NCBI GenBank assembly: GCA_027604505.1
Contig: JADIIX010000010.1
Location: 62,001 to 126,000 of the forward strand
Direction: 5' to 3'
Length of the DNA stretch: 64,000 bases
DNA from: Gonapodya sp. JEL0774
Taxonomy: Eukaryota
The notes beneath the pieces were generated by a model. The model saw only the letters and a list, made by a program, of their open reading frames with translations. It was not told the DNA's origin and ran no database searches. This document shows, piece by piece, positions 24,690-41,538 of this stretch (position 1 is the stretch's first letter; each line of letters starts with the position of its first letter). The position numbers and the translations under genes are program-made.

Positions 24690-26749
24690 ATGGACAAATC
24701 ATTATACCCACCCGTCGAAGAAGTCAAAAGGGAACGGAATTTTCCAATACTCCCGCCCGAAATCATTTCACTGGCACTATTATTTCTCCATCCTCCCCAG
24801 TTGGTTCAGTGTTCATTAGTATCAAAGTCGTTCGCTGCCGCCGCACTACCTCTTCTCTGGCGTGATTTTCACGTATTCCGACCAACCGATGGAAGATTAT
24901 CATCAATCCTGGATCCCACCAAAACCTACGCGCCTTACGGCAAATTTGTGCGAAGTGTCGTATCCGGGTGGGGGGAGGGTGTGACAACAATGCAGAAAGT
25001 GCTACCAGCTCTGGGAAAACAGCTGTGGAAGCTGGATTTGTGGAGATTAACTGTGGGAAGGGTACCTCTTGTAAGTTGCGTGACGTGTGCTACAAATCGA
25101 TCCTCGTCACAGGGACGCGCACATCTGTGCTCGACAGTCTTCCGCTGTTAGCATTCCCTCCTTCCTCGGACCTAATCTGCGCCATTTAGATGTTTCGGAG
25201 TGGGGAGGATTGAGCGTTGATGATCCAAACCCTCCATTCCGCACGCGCATCGATGAGATATTGGATGCCTTTTCTCGAACGTGCCCCAATCTACAAGCTC
25301 TGTGGGTGCATGACACTGACGTGAGCCCAGAGCTACTCCTACACCTCACAAAGCGATGGCGTGCTCTCAATGAGCTTTGGTTTGGGAGCAGCCGCTACGT
25401 TCTGGATAGTTCACGAGCGGCGACTTCCGAAGTTTTCACCGAATATCTCTCTGCCGACCTCTTGGATGATCTGGCGTCTTCTTTAGGCTCCCGCCTCCTA
25501 GAGCTTGGTTTGTTCACGATGAACCCTCCCCGGGGATCGACGCAGCGCTCCCCTCTCCTCTTTCCCTTCCTCGTCCGCTGCCCAAACTTGACCCGCATGA
25601 CTGTCAAACGCTGTGACATGCAGGGTGTTTTTTCTGATGTGCGTAGCTTCTGTGGAGGAGGAAACCGCCATTCAGAGTCAGTGATTGCAGGAAGGCCACT
25701 GTTGCCTATCAAGCAACTTCGCCTCAAAGTGACTACATCAGAGTGCGAGCACTTATGCGACATCTTGACGACCATGAGCTCGCTTGAGTCCTTCCACGTT
25801 TCCATTTACCTTGACCCAATGTTGGTTGATTGCGCAAACCAATTATCACTGAGCTCTCTCTCAGTGGATGCTTCTCAGTGTACTATTCTCACTTTGATCA
25901 AAATTTCTCTGATATTTGCTTAGATACAAACCCCCGAGTGCCTCGTTCCCCACAGTTTCTCGGCTCATTCATATGCTCTCTCTCCTCCCCACGCTTAGAG
26001 TCTTGCGGTTTTCTGTTGAGCTTTCCAGCCGCGCCTTCCATTTCGAGAAGATCACAAATGAAGAGTCACAGGATTTAGATTTGAAACTGGATGATTGGTT
26101 GACGGGCCTGCTCGTGGCAGTGGACAAATGTATGCACGTGACGGAGCTCGGTATGAAGGTACGCTTTCCGTGGCTGCGCTGTTGGCTTAAACTATCATAA
26201 ATTGATTTTCTAGTACCTTTGCTATAGCTGTTTTGGATGGACTCACACTCTCGCCACATTGCTCTACCCCAGACTGCTCTGAACATTCTGTTAGGCAACC
26301 CGAATCTCACATTGCAAGCTGACCCCAGCATCAGGCGTCTTGACGAACACGATCAGAGCGTTTCACGGTCTTTATCGTCCCGACTCACCCACGTTGCACT
26401 ATCAGTTCATCATATTCTCACCCCACAAGACCTCCAATCATTCCTCCATGGATTTCCTCTTCTCCGATCGATATTCCTCCGCTACGTCCGTCCTCTGTTG
26501 TACGATTGGTTGCGTGACGTAGTTTTTAGTGATCCAAATCACAGATCACGATGGGTTGGAGACGTGGAGTGCTTCAAGATGTCGGGATTGGGGGCAAACG
26601 ATCCTGAGACAGGGACATTCACTGGAGACGAGGAGGACGAGGGGTACGAAGGGGGCGGGATCGATAGGGAGGAATGGGGATATACCACGCATTTTGTAAA
26701 GCTTATGACAGTGGAAGCGATCAGGAGAGTTTGTAGTTGGAGGTTTTGA
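24690..26749 (+). CDS. F-box protein with RNI-like leucine-rich repeats, spliced
   Basis: F-box LPPEIISLALLFL...LVQCSLVSKSFAAAALPLLWR; LRR-like CPNLQAL, CPNLTRM and PTLRVL. Confidence 0.85.
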
Positions 26750-27028
26750 TTGAAGTGCTTTTTGCTAAGACCACTTTTCCCCTTGGAATCGTGCGATCAT
26801 TCATGGGTATCACCAACCCGTCGGCGGTTTGAACGATCCCCCCCATTCCATGTGAGAATCCCAATAAATTCTTCCAAACATTGCTCGACATCGCTGATCG
26901 AGATCCTATAAAGGCAACGAGACTACGTTATTATATATTATATGGCGATGCATCAATGAGCTAAGCGCTCCAACCTCAGTTTGGGTGGAATAAATCGCGA
27001 CATTGATACCGGTGTAACGACGGGTAGC

Positions 27029-30000
27029 ATGGGAACTAGCTCATCAGTGACTAGTGCGGCGACATGGATGAATACCGAGGGAGGAGGGCGTTCTGTGAGC
27101 GAGGATACCTTGACGAATGTGATTGCAGTGGTAAGTTCCCAAGGGTTTCTCAATCGTCGCCCGAAGAACACGATTGATTTGCTCTGCGGCTCGAATTTCC
27201 GTCCCGTTTTTCATGGAACGAAGACCGGAGTTGGTGCAGTTGCATGGCTTCGGTGGTGTTCTCCTACACTCGATCCTTGCACGGGTAGCACTCTGGAACT
27301 GGATCCCGTCCTGGAGGCATTTGAGCAGTGCTGCTCTCAAGGAGTCCCCGCGCTATGGCGATGGAGTCCAGATGCGTTTGTCGCACCGTCCCAACCCATG
27401 GCCGTTCCTTCGCCGGGAATGAACGCTGGAGCTGGTATCCCCGTGGACACTTCCCTCTCGGATTTTGGCCCTTCGGCTGGTGTCTATTTAGAGCCACCTT
27501 CAGCATCTACGCATGCAGGACATCCTCCAACTGAGCCGGCCCCATCCCTTCCTCCATCAGGACGGCGTGATTTGTGGACATTCCGTCTCCACCCGTTTGA
27601 CACCTCACCTCAAAACGCTCTTGCCCATGTGCTTGCTCGAGCACCAGCGATTGCACGTTGCCAACTTGTCGGCGCTGGCGGGTTCCCTGTTGAGTCAGCA
27701 TATGAACCACACTCGTCACAACTACTTCAAGCGCAGCCCCTTACTCCTGCTCCCTTCCAAGTCATGCCAGTGCTTCTTGAGTCACTTCGTGATCTGGTGG
27801 GCCGGAAAGCGTGCGAATTGTCTCCGAGGGGATGGGTCCGATTGGGCGACCGATTCGTTGCTATAAGCATGAATACTAGTGTCACAAGTTTACCTCCGAA
27901 TTCAGACGCAGAATCAGCTTGTGAATCCGAAGAAAGCGCGTGAGTGTGAAGAGAGAGATCGGGAGATTCGTATGCCGTATTTTGTCGTTCACAGAAGTTT
28001 TCCGGAAGTGATTCAGTGTGAGACATTGTAGTGCCATCAATCTATAATTCGCTACCCGAATTTCGCCTTTGTTGGTGTTGTCTTCACCTGACCATCTTTC
28101 TTGTCGTCTCTGGTTTTGTACATGCAGGTCCCTCCCCTCGTTTCGTCTAGATCTCTCTCTAGTTCCATCATCCCCATTTGGTACCGGTGTCGTCCCTTCC
28201 CCTCTGACCCCGCGTGGTCCTGCTTCGGTCCCTGCCACTACTGGGACACCCGGAACTCCAAATCCCGGAACACCGGGAACTCCAGGGCCGGGCACACCCA
28301 GCGCTGCTGGTGGTGGGTCTGGTATGGGTTTGAGTGGCCAGTTGTTGGTCAAGGTTGTGGTGGAGGGTGGACATTTCAGGGCATTGCGATTTACTGACGA
28401 ACCTGACACAGAAGGTAGGTCCTTTCGTCCTGTGGAACTTTACAAGGCACATCCAAAACTATTTCTCTGGTGTTTTCCTAGTGGTGATTGCCCCGTTTGG
28501 CCTTACCGGGCGACTCGTCAATATCTCATCAATAACCTCTCCCTTATCACCCTCGAATCCCCAAACGTCTCCCGCATCTATCGTCCCCGCTGGTGATCCT
28601 GCAACTGATCCCGCGTGGTCTCGCCTTCTCGCCACCCCGTTGCGGATATTGTTTCCCCCGTCATTGTCATCCCTCGGACCCGTTCCTATTCCATTTGGCC
28701 CAACATCCGTCCGCCGTCCATCCTCACTGACAGCCTCGCACAGCTCGAAGAAGTATAGCTGGGAGTATTTGGTAACGAATCGGGCTGTGCGATCTTCATC
28801 CGCAGCCCCAAATTTGCGGCCAATAAGAAGTGCCGTTAGAGAGACACATTTGGACGACGGTACTGTTTTGGTAGCGTTAGCCGGGATCCGAAAACCAGTA
28901 ACACCCGATTTTTTGATACCGGGATTATCGCCGCCGTCACTTCCGACGACTGCGGGACAAATGCACACACGCGGGTTGCTCGGCAAGCGGAACCGCGATG
29001 ACGTGGAATTGGCCGAGTCATGTGTCGCAGGTGACAGCATTGTGAATCCGACACTTTCGCAACTTCATTCCTCTGCGGCCCTTGTGATTGTGCGCATGCC
29101 TCGCTCGTGTGTGTTCGTTCCTGTAGGATCACATTCAGCCAGCAATTCAGCGGGAATTAACTGTCTGCAGAGGGCCTCTAATACTCTTCCATCTGTTCGC
29201 CTCAATCGCTCCTCGCGTCTTCGTGCAGGCCGTGCGTTGGCCTCTGGAAGCTTTCGAGAACGTGCCTGGGGGATTCGCGCCGCTCCAGCCACATATTCTC
29301 AAAATGCCGAGAACCCAGAATTCTCGTTGCAGCGAATAAAGCGAGCTCGACACTCAGCAAAATCCCCCGCACACATCTCTTCACCCTCCCCGCCTCCTCT
29401 GTCACCAGCTCATCACACCTCCAACCCAACCAATCCGCTTCCTGTTTTGCTTGCAGCAGTGGTTCCCTTCCAACCAACGCCCCCAGGTGGGACTCTGATG
29501 GATCTGGCACTTCGAAACGTTGGTGCGCATGACGGACTTTTCAATGGACCGGAGGTCGTGGGCACTGCCGCAACGAAAAGGAGAGAGCGTGAAAAGGAAA
29601 GAGAAAGAGAGAAAGAAAACGAAAGGGAAAAGGGAAGAATAGGAGAGAGGGAGAAGGAGGCTGAGCGAGACAAGGAGAAAGAGAGTTTGAAACAGAGGAG
29701 CCGGAAGGAGGAGAACCAATTTGGGGAAAGCGGTTCAACGGGCACAGCCACGCATCATGCACTCGCTCCAACGAACAACGCAGTTTTGGCAACTGAGGTT
29801 CATGCGACAAGCGCGAAGGACGCACCTCAATCACTTTCCATCGACTCCTATGACTTTTACACATCAAACCGGGCCGCGAGAAAACTCGACGAGGACCTTC
29901 AACTCGAAATGGTTGAGGAGGACGTCTTTGACTTCTTTGACGATGATGCGGTAGTACACGCTTTTAACGCTGATAGTGCACCTCCGGCGACGCCGGCGTT

Positions 30001-33000
30001 ATCAATTGTGGTGATGGCGGGAAGTACCGGACCTGCTGGAGGGCAAGCACAACAGCTTTCTCCATTACTTGGTTCAGTCGGCAGCTCAACAAACGCTGTC
30101 ATAGTTCCATCGCCTATTCGTGTCCCCGAGGTGAGATTGACAAAGGGAGTACCGACATCACAAGCAATGACTGCTGGTGATGGGTACAAAGCCCCTGTTG
30201 ATTCATCGTCGGGGCAGTGTTCTGCCGAATCCCATCTGACACGCGCATCTCCCTTGCCGTCACGGTCGCTTCCACGTTCATCAGATTTTGCTCTAGTTCC
30301 CGTGCCTAGGGATGAGAGTGTCCCTGACGAATGGGGGCCTTTAGAGTTGGTTGTCGCACCTGAGCAAGAGACTCTCGTCGCGGGACTTCCGGGGGTTTCT
30401 CTCAGAAATGAGATTGATCTTGGCATATATCTGCCCAAGCACATTCAGTCGGAAGGAGAGGATACGTTGTTTGCAGAGGTCCCGGAGATTTTCATGGACA
30501 GTGCGCTCTTCATGGACGGGAATGAGCCCGCGGGTGTTGAAGCCATTGCTGAAACAACACACTCTTCCGGCGAGCTGCTGGGGAAGGTCGTTAGTGCTGA
30601 TTGGCTTTGGGAGCAAGTCACTGGTAACAGCATCGTCGCTTCTTTCGACACCATTACATACGGAGCTATGGGCATGATTCCGCTCGCTCCATCCATGTTG
30701 ACACCAGGCACGCCTGCGAGTGTGTTTCCCCAGTCTCCTGCACTTGCTCCCACACCAAAATCAGGGACGGTGCCTGAAACGCCTGCTTGGAACAGCCAAG
30801 CATCGTCTGAGAATCTGTTCCTTTCACTTACTCCACATGCCACTCAATTGGTGCTTGAGCTGATGGCGAGACAAGTAGCATTCGGGAGCATGCGAAAAGA
30901 GCCATCCAGGCACTGGTCTTCGGAGGATCCGCTGTTTCGAGCCACCCGCTTGAACAGGGACGTGTTGATACCAGAAAGATTCATCGGAGGGTCCGCTGTT
31001 CTGTCCGCAAAGAGGCATCATGCCACCTTTGAAAGGGAGTGTGACGAGGAAACAGCATGTGGGCCTCCCAAGTTTGCCTGGCAGGTTATTTCTGAGATGA
31101 AATCCGTGCTGCTGGCGACCGTGAGGATGCTCGATACTGAGGCACCACTCTCCGAAGCTCCGGGAGAGACTGAAATGGGCAAAAGAATGGGACTAAGAGG
31201 TCCACTTACGGTCAAGGAATACTTCGGTATGTTAACTCGAAGTTTGGTTTCCAAATCACATGTCAAACCCATTGTGATCCTCAGGCCTGGACATGGAACG
31301 GGGAGCCGCCCCTCAAAACGTTTCTTCCGCCAAGTATTCTAAGTTTGCTGTCCGGAAGAAGCGGACTACTTCGGTTGCACCGAAGCTTACAGCCGGTACC
31401 GAAAGTTCTTCAAATTTCTTTCAGCTTCAGCCGCCAGAAGTTCTCGTTGGCCATCGACGTGTTTCAACATCACTTCAGGCTGCGCGGTCTATTCTCAATT
31501 ACTGGCCATACACGGGCATCCAACCACTTTCAGCTCCTAAGGACGTCCGATGGTTTGTTGTCTGTCCAGGCGGACTTCTAGACTCCGCTCCAGAAGAAGG
31601 TTACAACGGATTTAGGTGGAATGTGCAAATGGTAGAGACACACAGAGCATTGATGCACGACCTAGGTGCTGTTTTCCAAAGCTTAAAACTTGGAACACAC
31701 AGTCCCGCTTCAGTGGGCGAGTTTCAAAACGGAATAATGCCAGTCTTACTTCTGCGTGAGTGTTTAAGTCGAACACATCTACATGTGGAGGCTTCGTTTC
31801 AGGTTAAAATCCTGTTTCTCAGCACCCCAACCAGGAGAAACCGAATATCGATGCACCATCAGGAGCTACTTGATGGCACTAATGAAGTTAGGTGGGATTA
31901 GCGCGATGAATGGATTCTTGATACTCCGATGCTGAAAGCACTATCTGTAGCCGAAGCTCTTGTGTCGGTTTTAGGACCCATGGTACAATCTCCCGGCAAA
32001 TCTGACGTTGCACCGTCGTTGCCGCCCACAGATTCGGAAACTTTCCCTTTTCCTGGCGGTTTGGCCAGTCCCGCATTTTCAACTCGCTACTTGGTTCTTT
32101 ATCTCGTTGATCCGTTTGGGATGGTTGATGGGTGGTGGGACTTGTGCCGTGCCTTTTTGAAAGGATTGGTGCAAAGCGTTGCAAGGGACCTGTGCATATC
32201 GGAACGATTGGTCATGGCTAAGATCATACCACACGTGGGTGCAGTTGGTGAGAACAGTTGTGGTGATTGTGTGAGCTCAACGGTTTGTCTGATCTGCCTT
32301 TCAGGTAATTTCATTGGAGGACATTACCCATTCAAACAACTACCATGGCAGAATGTCGACTTTCTTACGTGATACAGCCTTCTCCGTTTTTTATAAATGT
32401 CCTGAGATCATATCTCGTTCAAGTATTGGAGAATCGCCCGGCAATGCTTTTTCTATGAACGGGTATTCTACTGAATTGAACTCACTGAGTATTTTGCACC
32501 GACCGCCTTTTGTCCTGGTGCGGCCTCAAAGATCAATCATTCCGCGGTTCTCGCTTATAAATCGAAGAGGTGTCCTGGGTGGTCATTGCAATGTCATGGA
32601 GCCAGATCGATTGATACATATCGCTTACAGAGCTGTCGAGGGTCGCGATTTCGCGGAGCCTTCCAACTTATTGGCGGAATCAAGGCTACTTCCGTATTCG
32701 TCTGTATCTTGGGTGGATTCGCACGGAGGGTGGATTGACGTCCAGGTGTTTGCGACCCCAGTGGCTGGTCGAGATGTGCTGAGTGTCGGTGAGGGGAGGC
32801 GTGCACTGTTCCGGAAAATATGGAATCACACCATTCGCTTGCTTGGGGTTAATGGAGTGTTCTGCTGGAGGATTGTTCTTACAAAGGTTGGGAAATTAGA
32901 TCAAACAGAGCTGAGTGACTGGGAAAGGGCTCTAGGCGATTGCATTTCTGTTTTGGAGAGTGGAGAAGCACTTGTTGGACCCGCAGTAGCGGATCCAGAC

Positions 33001-34140
33001 ATGGATTTTACTTCTGATATGCAAGGGGGCATCTCTGAGCTCCTAGATTTGAACTTTGGTACGAACATCTCCACCGAAGAAGGTGGCCACATGGACAGCA
33101 CCGAGTTGCAAGCAGAGTCTGGAGTACTGTTTGACTCTTTAGGAGCTATCATTGAAGCTCCAGTCACTGATGGGATGGCTATCAACAACGTCCCTGAATT
33201 CAACATCGTGGATAGCGACGTACCGTCACTCAAAGCGACTGAAGCGTTTAACTTCAGTGTTAATAGCATCAGCATTGTGCAATTTCTTCCAAATTGCAGT
33301 CTCCAGGTTTTGCCTCAATCTGCAAAGGACGCTGTGGAACTATCAGGCAAGAATGAGGGCGCTTTTGGCGGTCGCGTGGTTTCGCGACCAACGGAGCCTG
33401 AGCCGGAATGGACCATTGACTCATTGCTATCGGGAGTGTCAGCGCCACCACCCGTGCTTCCCGCTGCGGAAGCCAACATCGAGAACAAGCCTGACAAGCT
33501 GAGTACCCCAATGAAGTCAACATCCTTGGAACAACTTGTATCACATTCGAGTGAAACTTGCTATGGTTGTGTGGCGGGCACTTATCGCAACCCTGTCGCC
33601 TTGAAATTTCCATCATCAGGAGAAGCCGGTCGTGCGGCGGACGTTCTGTACCTGGAGAGGCCGGGAGACCTGGAATGCGCAACACTGCCCAATGATCAAC
33701 TTGTTCTCCCATTGTCGTCTGGATGGCTTCTTGATGTCCCTGATCGCCAAGTTGACGGGCTCGGTGGTGGTATGGCAGCGATTCAAATCGATCTGGTCTG
33801 GCACAAGGGAATATCTGGGCTAGATGTAACCGATACATGCTTTCCTGCTTGGATTCAATCGCAGTCCGCGACATTTTTGACACAAACCACGGGTGTAGCT
33901 GGTAGTGGACTCGCGGATCAGCGAATGGCGCCAACGCAAACCTCATTATCTATCACGAGGGATCTTTTGAATGAATATTTTACTCTTCGATTCCTTGACT
34001 TCCGTTTTATGGATGGTGCTTGCAAAGTCGTTGGGGACGTAGATACGGCAACCTCAATTGAAGGACTTCTTCCTGTGCATTGTCGGGTCGTTGAGCGGGT
34101 GGCCGATGTGATTGCGGAGCTAAGAGTTGCCGCCTCATGA
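27029..34140 (+). CDS. MED13: Mediator kinase-module subunit Med13, spliced
   Basis: N-terminal EDTLTNVIAV; C-terminal YWPYTGIQPLSAPKDVRWFVVCP, DLGAVFQSLKLGTH, LVLYLVDPF, WRIVLTKVG, LPLSSGW and terminal LPVH. The start codon is approximate. Confidence 0.85.
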
Positions 34141-34700
34141 TTTTTGAGTGCGTTGCATACCCAGGAATCGTATGTCGTATCGACTAAGAATGTTATAATC
34201 GGAATCTCTGTTGTTCTTGTAACAGTGCGTTCTGTTGTAGAGCACGTCATCCACCTCTCGACGCCATGAGAGGCTTGTAAAGTTAAAGTCTGCAATTTGC
34301 AAGTCCGAAAAGACACTGGTGCTTTCTCCCACGGCAATTTTTGGCTTGTCCTTCCCTTCCTTCCGCTTGAAGAACACGCCGACGCAGTGTATCACTGAAG
34401 GCGAAGCACAAAATAGCAATGCCGCCCACTAGTGGCAATGCAACACCCTGTGTCCCTTGAAACCCCACGCAAAAGAAAATGGAGCAGAAGACACTACAAG
34501 TAGTTGCAGAAGTGTCCCTAAAATCCACGAAGGCATGCAACAAACAACCCATGAGGCTGACATTGTTTCAACACGAAGCTTGTCATTTCCCGTCTGTTTA
34601 TTGTCATATTTCCTACCGAAGGACACCAATTTGTTGTAACCTGACCCCCCGTACAAGAACAAACGTTGTTTGACGTATCCCATTTCAATGCATAACATTC

Positions 34701-37684
<2,984 letters not shown>

Positions 37685-37964
37685 TCTTCAGACTGTGTGG
37701 AGAGAAGCGGCAGAAGCGGAGGTATTAGGAGAAATAAATTTTTTTGATTCCGATGATTTATTTCGGTTCATCCACAGCCCACTCCCGTAAAATCAATATA
37801 CACTCTCTTGAACATTGAAGAGTAGCGTGATTTGGAGCAATAAGCGAGGTTGGAGTACAGGTTGATGGTGAACGGTGGACTCATGTATGTGCACATTTAC
37901 TCAGAAGGTATCTAGTTGTTCGTAATTCCTCCGTGTTCTATGAATAAGCTGGAGACGATTCAGA

Positions 37965-40900
37965 TTAAAGAAATTCCTGTCCAGGAACTCTATAATTGTG
38001 TGCCATGGCCCTCGTGAACATTGCCGCACCGAGCTCCTTAAGGAACTCTTGGAAAACCACATAAGCGGGAATAAAAGTAGACTCCGGTGTTGCAGGAACA
38101 GTGTACTTGGGATCTTCAGCTATGACCTGTCCTTCGCCTGAGCTCACAGGTAGAATGTCCGATGAGGCAGCAGGAGCAGCATGCTCCCAGCCGCTCTGGC
38201 CTGGGTCTTGAGATTCCGATGAAACGCCTTCTTCCATAATGGTGTCGAACTGGTCCAAAAAGCCTCGCGCTTTGTCGTTGGCCATTGCAAGCCATCCTTT
38301 AATGTCATTGACAAATGCCTCTGGATCCAGTGTTATGGACGAATTTTGTCGGTGCTTCCTTGGCGGAACCACGCCTCCAGAACGCACAACCTGCACTTTG
38401 CGATTGAAATCATGCACCATCAAGCTCCTCGTGTGAGCTGCAATGGCTACTGATTCAATTATGTCCAAAAAACCACCCTCCCCACAAACGGTACGGTGAA
38501 CACTGTGGTGAGGGATACTCGCGAGATGAGTCACCAAACTTGTTGCAACGAGGACCTGCTCCGCTGGCAGTTCTAAAATTGAGCCCAAAAGGCGCCGAAA
38601 CGCCTGCTGGAAGGACACAACAGCAGTGTTCCCGGACGAACACTCCGGATTCAGGTCGAGCTCCCCCTCGATCTGTTCCCACCGGCTCTTTCGCGTGGTC
38701 CACTCCGTCCCACCCCAGTCACTCGTTACGGCATCTACACATTTTTCGTATCGCAATTGTGCGTCGGAAAGATAATCATCGAATCCCTCCACAACAGGTA
38801 GTTCGATGGAAATTGCGCTAGATGCCGGCTTATCGGTTGTCGGCCAAACGGTGGTTGGGGACTGCGCCGCAGTGCTGTCGTCTTTTGCGTGCAGCGAATC
38901 ACTTTGACCATTGGTCCGTCGTGGCGCTAGGAGGGACAAAATGCTGCTTGTACGTAAAAGTATCACCGTTGAGATGTCAGCACTACGACACGCCAAAAAG
39001 TGAACTTCTCACCGCACAGTCGTCTTTTGGACTTCCTCTGTGGTTGAATCCTCTGATCCTTCGTCAGGCGCGACAATGCCGAACGCTTCCATAACTTTTC
39101 TGTCGGTTGTGGAGAACAACGTATCTACTAGTCTGAGAGTGGCGATACTCAACTGACCCGCGCGAGCGACCAAACATGTTCATTATTCTGGCTTTACGTG
39201 GAGCTCCGGCACTTGGTAGCTCACCTCACTCCTCGCTTCCAAAATGGACCCAAAATCGTCTACACTTTCGGTCCCTTCAACTGGGGCAACTTCAACCATC
39301 CACGCTGGGTCCAGTCTCCGTACAAGTACCTCGGTAACCCATCGAGGTTGACCCTCGGCCGGCGGAACTTCTCCTTGGAGTATGGACTGGATAAGTGTTT
39401 CAAGGACATGGAAGGAAAGAGTTGAACGGAGGAGATCGGTCAGGTAAGTAGTCGCTGCGATGGATAGTATGAAGTTGGGGGCAGTGGGAGAATGGGAGCT
39501 GGGTTAAGTCAAGATGATTGGTCAGGAGCAGAATCCCGGCGGGGCTAATCATATCAAAAGATGGCAAACCATTGCCCCCTAAACAGCCTGGTTGGCAGAT
39601 TAAAATAGAGAATGCTTGCAGCACCTGCTATCGACTTTTGCGGTAGTATAGAACAAATCCGCCTCCGGTTCATCGCGCAACACACCTGACAACAACATCT
39701 CTCACAACCTTAGAGAACAGGACCCTCGCCAGCGTGGTCACCAGGTGCCGCGAGAGGGGCTGAAATGAGACTGTGTTAGCGCTAAGAAATGAATGGAATC
39801 ATTACGGTCAGGACTCGCCTCACACCCTCTGCGCACCCATCCAATAACAGCACCCCACCAACCCCGCTCCCACCCACCCATGGTTGCTCCCCAAATCTCC
39901 CTTCTTGCTTCCTCCTTTCTCTTCTGGCCAGTCGAGCTCCCAGTTGGTGCATAAATACTTGGGACGATTGGCCTGCTCAGTGGCAGCAGCATTCCCGATG
40001 ACGTCGGGAGCGATCCCTGCCTTTTGTGCGTGACCCGAGCCGCTGCAGGCGACGGAGACGCCAATACGGTATACAATGCCCCAAGGTGGCCACATACGAT
40101 CTCTGCCAGACCACTTTCAGTGGCCCACCAGTGCACCAGCCTGCTTCTGTAATCCGGATTAAGATTGCCGGCGGAGCCGTCCCCAGCAGCGAGATCTGCT
40201 AGCAAGTCCACGGCAACAGAGAGTGCTCGGCATGCCGGGGCAGGGGAAGCAGCTGGTAGGGATGGTGGGCGATGAAAGAGGACGGAGGGATGGAGTAGGG
40301 TCGACAAGAGGGGGAAATGGAACACCGAAGCCGTCTCTAATGTGCCGCCACTGGCGGATCCAGCTTCATCTACAACCATTCTGAGAAATGATGGTTCCAC
40401 GTTAAGCACTTGCCAGAGTTGCAAGAGAAGGTCGCCAACAGCCGTGGTGATGTCGTCTGGGGGATTCGGCAGCTGAAGGTGCCGGTACGAGAGGGATATG
40501 CCATTGGTGGCAGACATTGCAACGCCGTAGTCGGAGAGAAATGGATCGATGGAGGTCGGAGAAGTGGGAGAAATTGGAGACGTCGGAGTCGAATTTGCCT
40601 GGTGGACATCATCCAATCCGACAGTAGCACGGAGAACGGCTCGCATCAGAGGGTCTCGGAATGACTTTTCAGGGAAAAGTTCATACACAACTCGGCGGGT
40701 TGGCAACGAACGTAGAAGGGCGAGGAAAAATTGCAGAACGAGCGCTAACGTGTCGGGTGGAGACGTCGGAGAGGCCGCCAGGGCCACAAGTTCGTCAGGC
40801 AGTCGGGCGGTAAGAAATAGCTCCAAACATGGTCCTAGTGCATGAGGAAAGTCCGGCTTCTTATCATCTAGTGACCGATCGTTTTCACCTTCTGTTGACT

Positions 40901-41295
40901 CTCTTGCGAGTGCCTGCTGAAGTGCAGTGTCCTCATCGCAGAGAACATCAACTACTGAATCCAAGTGCGCGGGAAGACGGGTCGAGAATACAGACTCTAC
41001 AGATTCAAAGTGGCCTAACTCATCCCAGTGATCAAGGCCCCATAGACGCGGGAACGAACACCAACCATATGAATAAAAATGGTTAACGAGAGTTCAGCAT
41101 ACCCCATTCAATACCGATTTCTGCGATCTGCTCACCGTTTTCCAGGGGGAATCGGATGTAACGCGTCCATGTGTGCTTCAGCGTTTCCACCCGCGCCCTG
41201 CTTGCAGATGCCTCGTCCCAAACCTGATCCAGCCCAGCTGTACCGCCGAGAACGATGTCGGCAGCATCACTCAGGAATCCCCGGATGAGATTCAT
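37965..41295 (-). CDS. FHIP/FAM160 (RAI16-like) FTS-Hook-interacting protein, spliced
   Basis: VDVLCDED...GPCLELFL..RLPDELVAL near the N-terminus and AYVVFQEFLKELGA at the C-terminus are characteristic of FAM160/FHIP. Confidence 0.75.
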
Positions 41296-41538
41296 GATGC
41301 CCTTACGGATCGATTGAACAACATTAACAAAGATGCAGTCAAACTACCAACTCGGCACAATAATGAAAATGTACTGGCATTTCATGAATCTCAAACGTCT
41401 TTGAAACAAGATTCAATGGACGAGACAGGGCAGATGTACTGTTAGCATGTGCACAAAATATATTTTCATGCGACAAATTGCCGAGAACTCCATCTGCGAT
41501 TCATGATACATATTATGTACAAGTACCAATTCAAGGTT

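Noticed and set aside
27882..33946. Long antisense ORFs inside Med13, with similar ones inside other genes
   Set aside because: They are shadow frames of GC-rich, low-complexity coding sequence with no independent motifs.
34135..34700. Short minus-strand ORFs between Med13 and ALDH
   Set aside because: No recognisable domain or splice structure; consistent with convergent 3' UTRs.
40844..40854. GAGGAAAGTCC, matching the RNase P RNA P4 motif
   Set aside because: It lies antisense within the FHIP coding exon and I found no matching 3' P4 half; likely chance.
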